Assembly: GCA_002269645.1 (NCBI GenBank)
Contig: NIVC01001967.1
Span: forward strand, 1-64,000
Reading direction: 5' to 3'
Length of the DNA stretch: 64,000 nt
Source: Macrostomum lignano
Taxonomy: Eukaryota
The notes beneath the pieces were generated by a model. The model had not been told where the DNA came from. It was given only the letters and a program-made list of their open reading frames with translations, and did no database searches. This document shows, in pieces, positions 20,346-32,887 of the stretch (within the stretch, counting starts at the first letter, position 1; each line of letters opens with the position of its first letter). Made by a program: the position numbers and the translations under genes.

Positions 20346-23300
20346 TTTTACTGGCCTGGTTAGCAGTTGATTGTCATTACACTAGAACTAGCTGAAAGAT
20401 GTTAAGTTATAGGAAAATCATTTTAACATAAAAAAGTTTTAGACAATATGAATATCAAGATAATTAAATTTGTTAAGGCTTAATGCCCAAGGCTCAAAAT
20501 GGATCGATTTAAAAACAGTTCAGCAATAATTTGCCTGAAGAAAAGCTTAATTCTGAAACTTTTAGGATAAAAATAAAGAACTATAGTCTAATGACTACTG
20601 TTTTAATTTGCTGAGTCATCGAATGAGAGATAGAAACTTAAAGGTAATTTAAGTTTAAGCATACCATTTATGTATGTAAAAACAATTTACCTAAATGTTT
20701 CATTGAGATTTTGTTCTTATTATTAAAATAAAAAGCTGTATTAACGAAAAAATCTAGTTTTCAGAACAATCTACAGAATGTAGAAGTTTATATTTTAGAG
20801 ATCCTATAAATTTAGGCTATACCCATTTATTTAGCCATTAATTAACGCGGATTGTAGTTTGTAGGTTTGCTCTTTCTATTGTAGAATTTTCTTTAATTGA
20901 TTATTGAATAAGAGCAAGGCGGTGGTTCATTTAGTTATTTACCAACGGAACTTAGATCAAAGAGAAAACAAGGGGAGAGTGAGTGGTTTGTCTCACTGCC
21001 GCCGCCGTGTATTTATAGCTTTTTTATTGTCTTCCGGAAATTTCTAGAAAGATTTAGCTAATTTTAACAAAGCGAAATAACCCTTTAATTATATACATTA
21101 CGTAAATATAATTAGAACATTAATACTTAAGTGATAATTAATTATTTACTATTTATATGCGTATGTTATAGATTAGCTGCTAACTCAAAGAGGTTTCTGG
21201 AAATAGTTTTTGACTTTTAGAAATCTGAAGAAATTTCGGGAAAGTTATTAAAGTACGCTACACTATCTAGGCCTACTTCTAGTCTTCTACTAGCCGATAA
21301 TTAACCAAGTTATTAGCTATTTTTTTAAACTTTAAACTTTAATCTTTAAGGTCTCGAGAGTGGAATCAAAACAATATAAAAGATCTTTATTTTCGAAAGA
21401 TGCTGAAATTTGACCAATTACGTACAAAAAAATATCGAAAGCGCAAACTGTTCGAGCAATGAAAATAAGCGTTTAAAAATGTGCACCACGGTTTTTAAAA
21501 TGCATAACATTTTTCTAAAAAAAACGCATTTAATATTCTAATAGAAAACACGTGACAAAAAATTAACATATAAACTTGTATGTGTAGACATAACTTTTGA
21601 CTGCAGTAAGTTTTGTTTTGTTAAGTAAAATTTTCAAAGATTTAAAGCTTAGGACCGATGCGATGCCAATTAAAAATTATAAATTCACGAAGAACTAACT
21701 TATTGCTAGTCTGATAAAATAGCAATAAGCAAGACAGTTGGGTAAAACATAGAACATTTATGGACATGGAGAACAAAAATATCAATCTTGGGATTTGACA
21801 GAATACAGGATTTTGTGACCCCTACTAATTATGATTGTTTTAAATACTTAAATGCTTTACATGTTTTGAATACCTAAAACTTTTTTAGAAAAAGAATATT
21901 GTGACATTGTCAGTTTAAATAGCCTTGCCAAGGGCTGTTTTGATATATAGTACCAATATATAATATTGTTAGTTTTGTTCTCTCATGACTCACATCTGCT
22001 TAAAGTAGTGCCCAAAGAATTTTAATCAGCTGCATACATTTGTAAAGCCTTTATACAGTGTATGATTGATAATTTCTGTTTTTCTTAGCTAGCCAATAGA
22101 AAAGCTGCGCATTAATTATACTAAGTTCTCATATGCCTACCTACCCCCCTAGCCCACTCTTTATCATTTCTGTCTAGCCGTGCACTCAGGCCTCCCTCAG
22201 GGTTATTCTTGGGATCCTGGCTATGCATCCCCACTTGTAGACCTTTGCCACCTGGCACTCTTGTTTGGTTGCCTTCTTTTCCTGCCTAGGTTTATTTTTA
22301 TGCATAGAGTGTGCATATACACCTTAAATTTTAAATTTGCACCCTGAAATTGAAATGTAAATGTGGTTTAAATGTGGTCTCATAACCTATTTTTCAATTA
22401 AAGCCTCATTCGCAATGCCTTAAAATAAGAAAAAAGAGAAATTGCACTTTAATTAAGACTTAAAATCACACTATGAAAGTGAGCATAGGGTGCAATTTTG
22501 TACCTTGTCTTTGGCAAAAAAGAAAACCCTGCTTCTTGCCTCATTCTACCACAGCCCTAGGCCAGGCCTCTGTCATTCTTAGTCATGCCACTTCTACTAA
22601 GCTATCTAACTCATTTTTGTCAATGTTATATAGCTGCCAGTGCATCGTTACAAATCCAACTTGTATTTTGATTTGTCTCTGTTGACAATAGGCCTAAACA
22701 ATAAACTAAGTCTGCAGCCATTAATTGCATTAACTGATATAATTGACAAGTGCTAAAAAAGTAAAAACTGCTTCAAAATTGCCTTTGCCATATTCATTTG
22801 CCTTTGCTGGTTATTCTTGAGGCCACCACATTATTATGTCACAAATACTTTAAAATAAGTATATTAAAACACTATTTATAAAATTTCCAAAGGGTTATTT
22901 ACCTTAGTTAAAAGTCAATTTTAACTAGGCCTAAAACTGGCAAAAAAATTAAATTTAACAAATGGGTCTACATTTCTATATTTTAGTATGAGTCTAGATT
23001 CCATATTATACAAATGGCATATATGCACAACCTTAAGAATTACCCCACTTTTTCTATTAGCAATATGCAAATATAAGTTGTTATAAGTATAAGTTACTGA
23101 GAGCAGTCATATGACTAGGCATTTACTATTCTAAATCTATGCAATAGCAACTTGCATTTAATGTTTATTGCCAATAAAACTGCTAGCTGAAGCCCTAGGT
23201 TATGCCTAAGCATGTAATTAAGATCAGTTATTCTTTTTCTTTAATTGATAATCTTTATTGACTATTATCATATAATATATCTATTTTATTTATATTTTTA

Positions 23301-23477
23301 TAATAATTTAGTATAAAGTTCTGCAATAATTAGGCCTATGCCACCTAGATGTATCTAGATATACAGCCATAGGCCTAGGCTTAGCTATTAGAATAAATGA
23401 TAAATATAAAAGTTTTAGGCAAACTAATTGGATATACATAGTTATGGAAGCAATTTTTTTAATATATCTAATAATAT

Positions 23478-24236
23478 AACAAGGGGCATCCTAAAAGTCT
23501 GTTTAGTCACTAAATAAAAATGCAACAATGCAACAGGAAAGTTTAAAAACTTCATAGGCATTCAAAATAACTTCCATTGGCCACAATCATACATAGCCAG
23601 CATTCTGGTAGTTTCTTGACTCCGTCAGTAGCACCAGAATCACATAGGTATTGAAGGACTTGAACAATGATGCTGAAGAGTTCATCTAGGCAGTAGTAGT
23701 AGTGGCCTCATAGTTGATTTTTTAGCTTTGGAAAGAGATCAAAGTCACAAAAGAATAACCAACAATCAATTTTGAGGGTACCCTTTACTAGCTGAATGTT
23801 GGCATCTGATCAAGACTCCCTTGGCTATCCTGATTGCTGGCCATCCTTGATATCGAATTGCCTATCTTTGAAGTATGCATACCAATTGTACATAGATCGC
23901 TCAGTAAAGGCACAGTCTTTGAATGCTTAAATAAGTTGCTGGTGAACTTGTGCAGCTTTGTTCTTTGCAAAAAATTGGTTTTGATGCACAAGCATTGCTC
24001 AATATTGTTAACATCCTCTATCAGTTAATCAGATTGGCCAAGTTTAAAATCACTAGACTAGTTAATTTATTATAACACTTTAAATATTCAATAAATATTA
24101 AGCTCAAAATTTTATAAAGTTAGAGGGGGTTGCTCTAGCAATACCATAAGCAATTGACCATAAGCAATTGAGCTCTTTACTCATTGTTTATGTTAAAAAT
24201 GGCATATACTAAATGGACTTTCGGGATGCCCCTTAT
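23478..24236 (-). mobile_element. Degraded mariner transposon
   Basis: Inverted ends aaggggcatcctaaaagtc / gactttcgggatgcccctt. The minus strand encodes broken mariner HTH-like text (EQCLCIK..KNKAAQVHQQL..AFKDCAFTERSMYNWYAYFKDRQFDIKDGQQSG*P). Confidence 0.65.
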
Positions 24237-24813
24237 ATAGAGGCAGATCTAGAAGATTTTTAGGAAGGGGGAGGCAAGCTATACTAAGTACTATAACGCA
24301 ATGTTGGAAAATAGAACTTATATATAGTTATAGTTATAAACAAAAAAGTATAGGCAAATTTTTTTGGCCATGGCTTAGGGTGGCATGCATGGTCATGGCC
24401 CCCTAGATCTGCCCTTGGAATATTAGCCACTTAATAACTAGGGTTTAAAAGTCCATTAGAGCCCTGATGTCATGGTTAATTGGAAATAAAACACAGGAAA
24501 TGAATAAATTTTGCCATTTTCAATGCTTTTATAAATGAGCTCTCAAGTCTTTAAGTTAGGGGAAATTATTAGAAATTAATTAGCTATGGATATATGGATA
24601 TAGATAGGCTATGATGAAAATTAAATATGGCTACAGAAATAGATGAAAAAAGTTTGGTTACAGCAAAAATCTATAATTCAAATTTTCATTAAAATTATTG
24701 ATAATTGTTTAATATTATTGTAACTCTTTTGATATTAAGACATATCAGAGATGTTGATGTTTTATTTGATTTTAAATTTTTTGTATGACTAAAATTTTCA
24801 TGAACAAGCAGAG

Positions 24814-25026
24814 ATGCCCCGCGAAATCAAGGAGATCAAGGACTTCCTGCTTACTGCAAGGCGAAAAGATGCCAAATCTGTGAAGATCAAGACAAATAAG
24901 GGCAACATCAAGTTCAAGGTGCGCTGCTCCAGATTCCTCTACACTCTGGTCATCACTGATAAGGACAAGGCTGACAAGCTCAAGCAGAGCCTGCCCCCTG
25001 GTCTGGCTATCAAGGAGCTGAAATAG
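24814..25026 (+). CDS. RPL38: 60S ribosomal protein L38
   Basis: Intact 70-aa [29 protein letters not shown]...[32 protein letters not shown]. Confidence 0.98.
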   Translation: MPREIKEIKDFLLTARRKDAKSVKIKTNKGNIKFKVRCSRFLYTLVITDKDKADKLKQSLPPGLAIKELK

Positions 25027-25340
25027 AATGCACTGAATCACTTATCAGCATCGATTTTTCTGGATGCCATTTGTGCTGACAAGTGTATTGAATCATATAT
25101 AAATTCATATATATGTTTGCTGATTGCTGACTAAGTAAAGCGCTGGATCTGTGTGGCGTCTATTCGATGGATCAATTTCTTGTTTTTTTCTCTTTTAATT
25201 GCTTTTGCTAGATCTCTACTCATACATTGTTTAGAATAGAGGTTTTAAAATCCAAAATCCAGATACTAATCCCTTTATCCATAAGTATCCCTAAGTATAC
25301 TAAGATATCCATAAGTATCCCTTGACTACAGTAAATATAC

Positions 25341-26720
25341 TGTAGTCAAGAAGATAAAATAGACTAGTCAGGTAGATAAAATAGACTGTAGTCAGGTAGA
25401 TAAAATAGACTGTAGTCAGGTAGATAAAATAGACTGTAGTCAGGTAGATAAAATAGACTGTAGTCAGGTAGATAAAGTAGACTGTAGTCAGGTAGATAAA
25501 GTAGACTGTAGTCAGGTAGATAAAATAGACTGTAGTCAGGTAGATAAAATAGACTGTAGTCAGGTAGATAAAGTAGACTGTAGTCAGGTAGATAAAATAG
25601 ACTGTAGTCAGGTAGATAAAATAGACTGTAGTCAGGTAGATAAAGTAGACTGTAGTCAAGAAGATAAAATAGACTAGTCAGGTAGATAAAATAGACTGTA
25701 GTCAGGTAGATAAAATAGACTGTAGTCAGGTAGATAAAGTAGACTGTAGTCAGGTAGATAAAGTAGACTGTAGTCAGGTAGATAAAATAGACTGTAGTCA
25801 GGTAGATAAAATAGACTGTAGTCAGGTAGATAAAGTAGACTGTAGTCAGGTAGATAAAATAGACTGTAGTCAGGTAGATAAAATAGACTGTAGTCAGGTA
25901 GATAAAGTAGACTGTAGTCAGGTAGATAAAATAGACTGTAGTCAGGTAGATAAAGTAGACTGTAGTCAGGTAGATAAAATAGACTGTAGTCAGGTAGATA
26001 AAATAGACTGTAGTCAGGTAGATAAAATAGACTGTAGTCAGGTAGATAAAGTAGACTGTAGTCAGGTAGATAAAGTAGACTGTAGTCAGGTAGATAAAGT
26101 AGACTGTAGTCAGGTGGATAAAATAGACTGTAGTCAGGTAGATAAAGTAGACTGTAGTCAGGTAGATAAAATAGACTGTAGTCAGGTAGATAAAATAGAC
26201 TGTAGTCAGGTAGATAAAGTAGACTGTAGTCAGGTAGATAAAATAGACTGTAGTCAGGTAGATAAAGTAGACTGTAGTCAGGTAGATAAAATAGACTGTA
26301 GTCAGGTAGATAAATAGACTGTAGTCAGGTAGATAAAATAGACTGTAGTCAGGTAGATAAAGTAGACTGTAGTCAGGTAGATAAAATAGACTGTAGTCAG
26401 GTAGATAAAGTAGACTGTAGTCAGGTAGATAAAGTAGACTGTAGTCAGGTAGATAAAGTAGACTGTAGTCAGGTGGATAAAATAGACTGTAGTCAGGTAG
26501 ATAAAGTAGACTGTAGTCAGGTAGATAAAATAGACTGTAGTCAGGTAGATAAAATAGACTGTAGTCAGGTAGATAAAGTAGACTGTAGTCAGGTAGATAA
26601 AATAGACTGTAGTCAGGTAGATAAAGTAGACTGTAGTCAGGTAGATAAAATAGACTGTAGTCAGGTAGATAAATAGACTGTAGTCAGGTAGATAAAAATA
26701 GACTAGTCAGGTAGATAAAG
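25341..26720. repeat. 21-bp minisatellite (agactgtagtcaggtagataaa[a/g]t)
   Basis: About 65 units. The same family recurs at 29620-30083 and 30954-31060. Confidence 0.97.
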
Positions 26721-26839
26721 GTAGTTTCTTGAAGGGCCAACCCCCAAGGCACAGAGTGTGCATGCCCGATGGCATAACCATACACTGTAACTAGACACAA
26801 AAAATACTACTCAATATTTCTGCCGCCGCTGTCGCAACA

Positions 26840-29216
26840 ATGCCATTCTCTTCATTAAAGAAAGGTAGCAAAAGCGATCGACGACACTACAAAGAGCGCC
26901 AACAGCTGGGCAGACGGGCCCATCTTGGCCAGTTAGAGAAGCACAAAGACTACATAGTTCGGGCTAAAGACTATCAGAAAAAGTCGGCAACATTAAAGTC
27001 GTTGCGTCAGCGGGCCAGAGACAAAAATCCGGATGAGTTTTATTTTCACATGACTCGCTCTCAGCTGGTTGACGGTCAGCACTCTGAGACTGCGGCCCGT
27101 GTGGCAGCTGGTTAGCAAACTATTGCAATTTCTATTTTATGTTTGCTATTTATGGCGAATTTACAGGCAAGGAAAGTTAAAATCGTCTGGGGTGCCGTAG
27201 CCTACTGGTCCAGCGCGGCGCTCTCATCTGCCAGCGGCCCAGGCTCGATTCCACATTAATTTGGGGCTAAATTGGAATCTCGGCTTAGCTCTGCTCGTGT
27301 AATTAACACCCAGCTTGAGGGCCAACCTCCAAGGCGCAGTGAAGTGTACATGCCTAACAATAAATAAAGTTAGGGCCGCTGTGCACTCCTGTGTGAATGT
27401 GTGCCTGTGCATAAGACTTTGTACTGCGCACGTATCCGCGCCCTTGTGTGCCTGCTCAGGGGAGTCGGCGGAATGGGGGCAGTAATGCCTCTCACCGGTT
27501 ATGTAACAATGTCGCTTAAAGTACGCCAGGGTGCACACAGCCCCTGCCTATCTCTACTAAGGGTGGAGGTTTCGAACTTGGGAAATTTCGAGCTTATGAA
27601 GTTTCCAGCTTGTGAAGTTTCGAGCTTATGAAGTTTTAAGCGTATGAAGTTTCGAGCTTATGAAGTTTCGAGCTTATTAAGCTTCGAGCTTATTAAGTTT
27701 CGAGCTTATTAAGCTTCGAGCTTATTAAGTTTCGAGCTTATGAAGTTTCGAGCTTATTGAGCTTTGAGCTTATTAAGCTTCGAGCTTATTAAGTTTCGAG
27801 CTTATTAAGCTTCGAGCTTATTAAGTTTCGAGCTTATAAAGTTTCGAGCTTATTGAGCTTTGAGCTTATGAAGTTTCGAGCTTATTAATTTTCGAGCTTA
27901 TTAAGCTTCGAGCTTATTAAGTTTCGAGCTTATGAAGTTTCGAGCTTATTGAGCTTCGAGCTTATGAAGTTTCGAGCTTATTAAGTTTCGAGCTTATTAA
28001 GCTTCGAGCTTATGAAGTTTCGAGCTTATTAAGCTTCGAGCTTATTAAGTTTCGAGCTTATTAAGCTTCGAGCTTATTAAGTTTCGAGCTTATGAAGTTT
28101 CGAGCTTATTGAGCTTTGAGCTTATTAAGCTTCGAGCTTATTAAGTTTCGAGCTTATTAAGCTTCGAGCTTATTAAGTTTCGAGCTTATAAAGTTTCGAG
28201 CTTATTGAGCTTTGAGCTTATGAAGTTTCGAGCTTATTAATTTTCGAGCTTATTAAGCTTCGAGCTTATTAAGTTTCGAGCTTATGAAGTTTCGAGCTTA
28301 TTGAGCTTCGAGCTTATGAAGTTTCGAGCTTATTAAGTTTCGAGCTTATTAAGCTTCGAGCTTATGAAGTTTCGAGCTTATTAAGCTTCGAGCTTATGAA
28401 GTTTCGAGCTTATTAAGCTTCGAGCTTATTAAGTTTTGAGCTTGTTAAGTTTCGAGCTTATTAAGCTTCGAGCTTATGAAGTTTCGAGCTTATTAAGCTT
28501 CGAGCTTATGAAGTTTCGAGCTTATTAAGCTTCGAGCTTATGAAGTTTCGAGCTTATTAAGCTTCGAGCTTATTAAGTTTTGAGCATGAAGTTTTAAGCT
28601 TTTGATCTTTCGAGCTTGTGAAAGCGACTGTTAACAATGAGAATTCAATTGAACAAAAACTGAACAATTAGTCAATTATCCTTAGATAAAAGGCTAAGTT
28701 ATTAAATCTCTTCATGAATGCACTTTTACAGATCGGCAGCCGCCAACAGCGGACAACAAACGCATGCGCCAGATGCTACTAGAGGACTCCAATTATTTGC
28801 GTCACAAGTTGCAAATTGAACGAGCACAGCTGGCTAAATTAGAGGCCAGTCTAGCATTTGTCGGAACCGATAGCGGCAGTAAGAGCAGCCGGACAGTGTT
28901 TAGTAAAACCGATTTTAGACGTCTCAGTCGTTGTGAGTCGAGCAATGATAAAGAATTAGGTAATGATGGAGCCTGGTCTGCTCACCTGTCCAGCCTACCT
29001 GAGCAGGAAATCGCCCGCCTAGCCAAAGAGCGATCGCGCACGCTTAAAGCCGTTCGCCAGCGAGTAGCTCGAGTTGCCGCCCTGTCCTCCGCGCTGGCCG
29101 CGCTTGAAGCCAAACGAAATTTGGCCGCCGAAATTGGCCGGCCTCGCAAACTGATGGCCGAGGCGAGTGGCGACTCGCCGGCTGTGTGGAAATTCGCGTT
29201 CAAACGGAAACGATGA
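26840..29216 (+). CDS. UTP11: U3 snoRNP-associated protein 11, 2 exons
   Basis: Exons 26840-27110 and 28732-29216 (phase 1). Motifs [40 protein letters not shown] and the C-terminal [11 protein letters not shown]. Confidence 0.95.
27189..27555 (+). mobile_element. SINE family B, copy 2 (UTP11 intron)
   Basis: Aligns with the reverse complement of 16639-16990. Confidence 0.75.
27570..28628. repeat. 16-bp satellite (tttcgagcttattaag variants) ending in a TIR-like motif
   Basis: About 63 units. It terminates in cttgtgaaagcgac, the same motif as the right end of the 30084-30953 element. Confidence 0.93.
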
Positions 29217-29619
29217 AGTGAATAACTGCGGTACAGCTGAAGTAAAAGTACACTCGCAAATCGTGCAAAAGTTTGAATTTCAAAGTATTTTCACAGACTT
29301 GATTTGCTGTTTTGCACAGCGCTGAATGGGAAAACAAGCCTTCACATATTTTCCAAGAAAGGAAATTTTCCACTTGCTAAAAATTCATTCTAACCTTCGC
29401 TAGTTGTATGTAGTCTTTAATTTGGCATTCACTTTATAATTGATCTGTGCGAGTATCTCTTTGCCTGGTTTAATTCTGTTGCTTAATTATACCAAATGAT
29501 ATCTGGTGAGTCTGAAATACAGACCTAATGGTTTAAGTGTCCGTTAATCTTTTTTAAACGTAACTAGCATATTAGTAGTCTCCAGTGTGTTCTAGTAGAC
29601 AAAGTAGACACCAGTTAGG

Positions 29620-31060
29620 TAGTTAAAGTAGACTTAGTCAGGTAGATAAAATAGACTAGTCCGGTAGGTAAAGTAGATTCTATTCAGGTAGATAAAATAG
29701 ACTAATCAGGTAGATAAAGTAGATTCTATTCAGGTAGATAAAATAGACTAATCAGGTAGGTAAAGTAGATTCTAGTCAGGTAGATAAAATAGACTAATCA
29801 GGTAGATAAAGTAGATTCTAGTCAGGTAGATATAATAGACTAGTCAGGTAGATAAAGTAGACTAGTCAGGTAGATAAAGTAGACTGTAGTCAGGTAGATA
29901 AAAATAGACTGTAGTCAGGTAGATAAAGTAGACTCTAGTCAGGTAGATAAGGACAGTAGACTGTAGTCAGGTAGATAAGGACAGTAGACTGTAGTCAGGT
30001 AGATAAAGTAGATTCTAGTCAGGCAGATAACGTAGACTGTAGTCAGGTAGATAAAAATAGACTCTAGTCAGGTAGATAAAATAGGGTCGTTTCACAAACC
30101 CTAATTTTCACAACGTCGAAACCAGAACCTTTCATAAGACCTATATTTCATAAACCCTAATTTTCACAACGTCGAAAATAAGCAATGCAGCAGATTTCAC
30201 AAGACCTAAATTTCACAAGCCCTAAATTTCATAACACCTAAAAGGCATGCACAGAATTTCAAAAGCCCTAAATTTCACTATCTCTAATTTTCACAAACCC
30301 TAAATATCACAACGTCGAAAATTAAATTTGCTTCTATTTTCAGAAGCTCTAAATTTCACAACGCCTAAAAACACTATGGAGATCCAATCTTTCACAAGAC
30401 CTAAATTTCACAACGTCTAAAAGCACGTCTGAAAGATTGTATCTCCATAGTGTTTTTAGGCGTTGTGAAATTTAGGTCTTGTGAAAGATTTATCTCCATA
30501 GTGTTTTTAGGCGTTGTGAAATTTAGGTCTTGTGAAAGATTTATCTCCATAGTGTTTTTAGGCGTTGTGAAATTTAGGTCTTGTGAAATATTTATCTCCA
30601 TAGTGTTTTTAGGCGTTGTGAAATTTAGGTCTTGTGAAAGATTTATCTCCATAGTGTTTTTAGGCGTTGTGAAATTTAGGTCTTGTGAAAGATTTATCTC
30701 CATAGTGTTTTTAGGCGTTGTGAAATTTAGGTCTTGTGAAAGATTTATCTCCATAGTGTTTTTAGGCGTTGTGAAATTTAGGTCTTGTGAAAGATTTATC
30801 TCCATAGTGTTTTTAGGCGTTGTGAAATTTAGAGCTTCTGAAATACTGTGCACAACTTTTCGACGATGTGAAAATTAGGGTTTATGAAATTTAGAGCTTA
30901 TGAAAGTTTGTGTCTTGCGACGTTGTGAAATTTAGGGCTTGTGAAAGCGACCCGATAAAATAGACTGTAGTCGGTAGATAAAGTAGACTACAGTCAGGTA
31001 GATAAAGTAGACTGTATTCAGGCCAGGTAGATAAAGTAGACTCTAGTCAGGTAGATAGCC
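29620..31060. repeat. Second 21-bp family array, split by a foldback insertion
   Basis: tagtcaggtagataaa units occur at 29620-30083 and 30954-31060. Confidence 0.9.
30084..30953. mobile_element. Foldback-type non-autonomous DNA transposon (Mutator-like TSD length)
   Basis: Ends gggtcgtttcacaa / ttgtgaaagcgaccc, arms built of inverted aaatttcacaa subrepeats, internal 51-bp array (30430-30840), and gataaaata duplicated at 30075-30083 and 30954-30962. Confidence 0.8.
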
Positions 31061-31079
31061 TTGGCAGATAGACAATAAC

Positions 31080-32887
31080 ATGGTAGCTCTTGTACATACT
31101 ATGAAAGGCAGGTCAAGAATCCCAGACTCAGAATGAATACCTGTCAGTCATTTCCGCTTTCAGTCTTCCCTGAGACAGCAGATCCAATGCAGCCACTGGG
31201 ACACAGTGGACGGTGGCACTGGCTCCCCACCAGATGACTATAACTATGCCGTTGATTATTTTGCACCTGGCAACGATTCGTCAGCTGACAGAGGTAGCGG
31301 CTCTCGGTGTTGCATTCGCTATTGCTGGAAATTTTCCAATCGGCAGCTTGAGTCAGTTTGTACTTTTGTTGGCGTGGGCACTCAGCTGCTATTTGTAAGT
31401 AATTATCTTGTTCGATTGTAGTTAATCGGCACCTCATTAATATTAGTAGTATCACTAACCTACACAGACGGCGCTGGCCTCGGTTCACTTCTGGCTGCCT
31501 CAAGTCTGTCCAAACATTGTACAGTCGCTGCAACGCATACCGACAGACAATGCCACACAGCAGCAGCAGGAGAAACAGCAGCAACAGTTGTGCAGTAATT
31601 CCTGCTTATTAGCCTACTCAAGTGTAGTGCAGTGTCTGCAACTGACTGTACTGTTTGCGGCTGATCGCTGCTATGTCTGGTACTGCAATCGAAAATTAAC
31701 TGACGGCTATTTGAACCTGTTTCTAGCCTGCGCACCTATTGTTCGCCTACCTTTCTATCTGTTTGCATTCTGTAAGATATTATTTTCTATGTTTTGCTTT
31801 GAATTCCCGTAACTCCTAAAAATTTGTTTACGTAAAGTAGCTGGTACAACTTGAGTTAATGCAGTTTGGGTAAAATGGACTTAATTAACCCTAACTCTAA
31901 TAAAGTGCCGTTTGAGTAAAGTGCAGTTTAGATAAAGTGCAACTCCAATAAAGTAGTTTAGGTAAAGTGCAACTCCAATGAAGTTGAGTCTGGATAAAGT
32001 GCAACTCCCATAAGTGCAGTTTAGATAAAGTGCAGCTAAAGTAAAGTGCAACTATAATAAAGTCCAGCTTAAGTGCAGTGCAGTTTAGATAAAGTGCAAC
32101 TCTAATAAAGTTCAGTTTAGATAAAGTGCAACTCCAAAAAATTGCAGCTTGGGTAAAGTTCAATTCCAATAAAGTTCAGTCTGGATAAAGTACAACTTCA
32201 GTGAAGTGCAGCTTGGGTAGAGTGCAACTCCAATAAAGTGCAGTTTTTATTGACAAACAATGGCAATAAACAGGCCGATAACTGAAATCTAATCAATCGC
32301 CAACTCCCACAGCCTCCTCCATCATCGTCGCCGCCTTGATGGTCGCCCAGTCCGCAGCTGACGGCCCTATCGTTGTCGAGGCTGCCGTGTCGTACCCGCC
32401 ATCCGCTCAGACGGCTGCGGCTGCCGTAGCGTTCGGCTTGCAGACGGCGGCTTGTCTGGCTACCGGCCTGTTTGTTGTAGCCCGCCTGCGCGCCTGGGGC
32501 CGCCGCTCCGCGGTCCGCCAACCAGACGCCGAGCTGAGCAGCGGCGACGACTACAGAGCTGCTGACGACGACGAGGATAACGATGAAAAAAATAACGGCG
32601 CCAATGAGGAGGCTGTAACCGGTTCACTCAGATCCCGTCTGATTGTGTCTTCGCTATCGCCTGCTCGCATTCGAGGCCGCAACTGTTGTTGCTACTGTTA
32701 CCATGGCAACAGAAATTATAATAACAAAAATAGTTGCAAGCGCCGCGAACGAGTCGCTGCCAGGCAGTCGCTGCTGATTTTCTATCTGATGGAGCGGAAT
32801 GCCAGACTGTCGGCTGGACTGCTCAGGCTTGAGGAGGCTGCGGCTGCTGCTGCCGGACTGTCAGGCAGGCGGCGAACTCGGCACTGA
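31080..32887 (+). CDS. Orphan multi-pass membrane protein, weakly GPCR-like
   Basis: Phase-compatible exons 31164-31394, 31468-31771 and 32313-32887; start uncertain (possible ATG micro-exon 31080-31082). About 4 hydrophobic segments and an LTVLFAADRC (DRY-like) motif. Confidence 0.55.
31835..32250. repeat. Degenerate short-period array (taaagtgcaactccaataaagt...) in an intron
   Basis: Repeated aaagtgca / ttagataaagt motifs. Confidence 0.8.

Noticed and set aside
20855-21262. Possible second solo LTR (TGTAG...CTACA with a TATA-like motif on the minus strand)
   Set aside because: No target-site duplication and no second copy in the window.
24814-25026. RPL38 as a processed pseudogene
   Set aside because: The ORF is intact, has no poly(A) remnant or TSD, and has an acceptor-like AG upstream. 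Several neighbouring genes are also single-exon.
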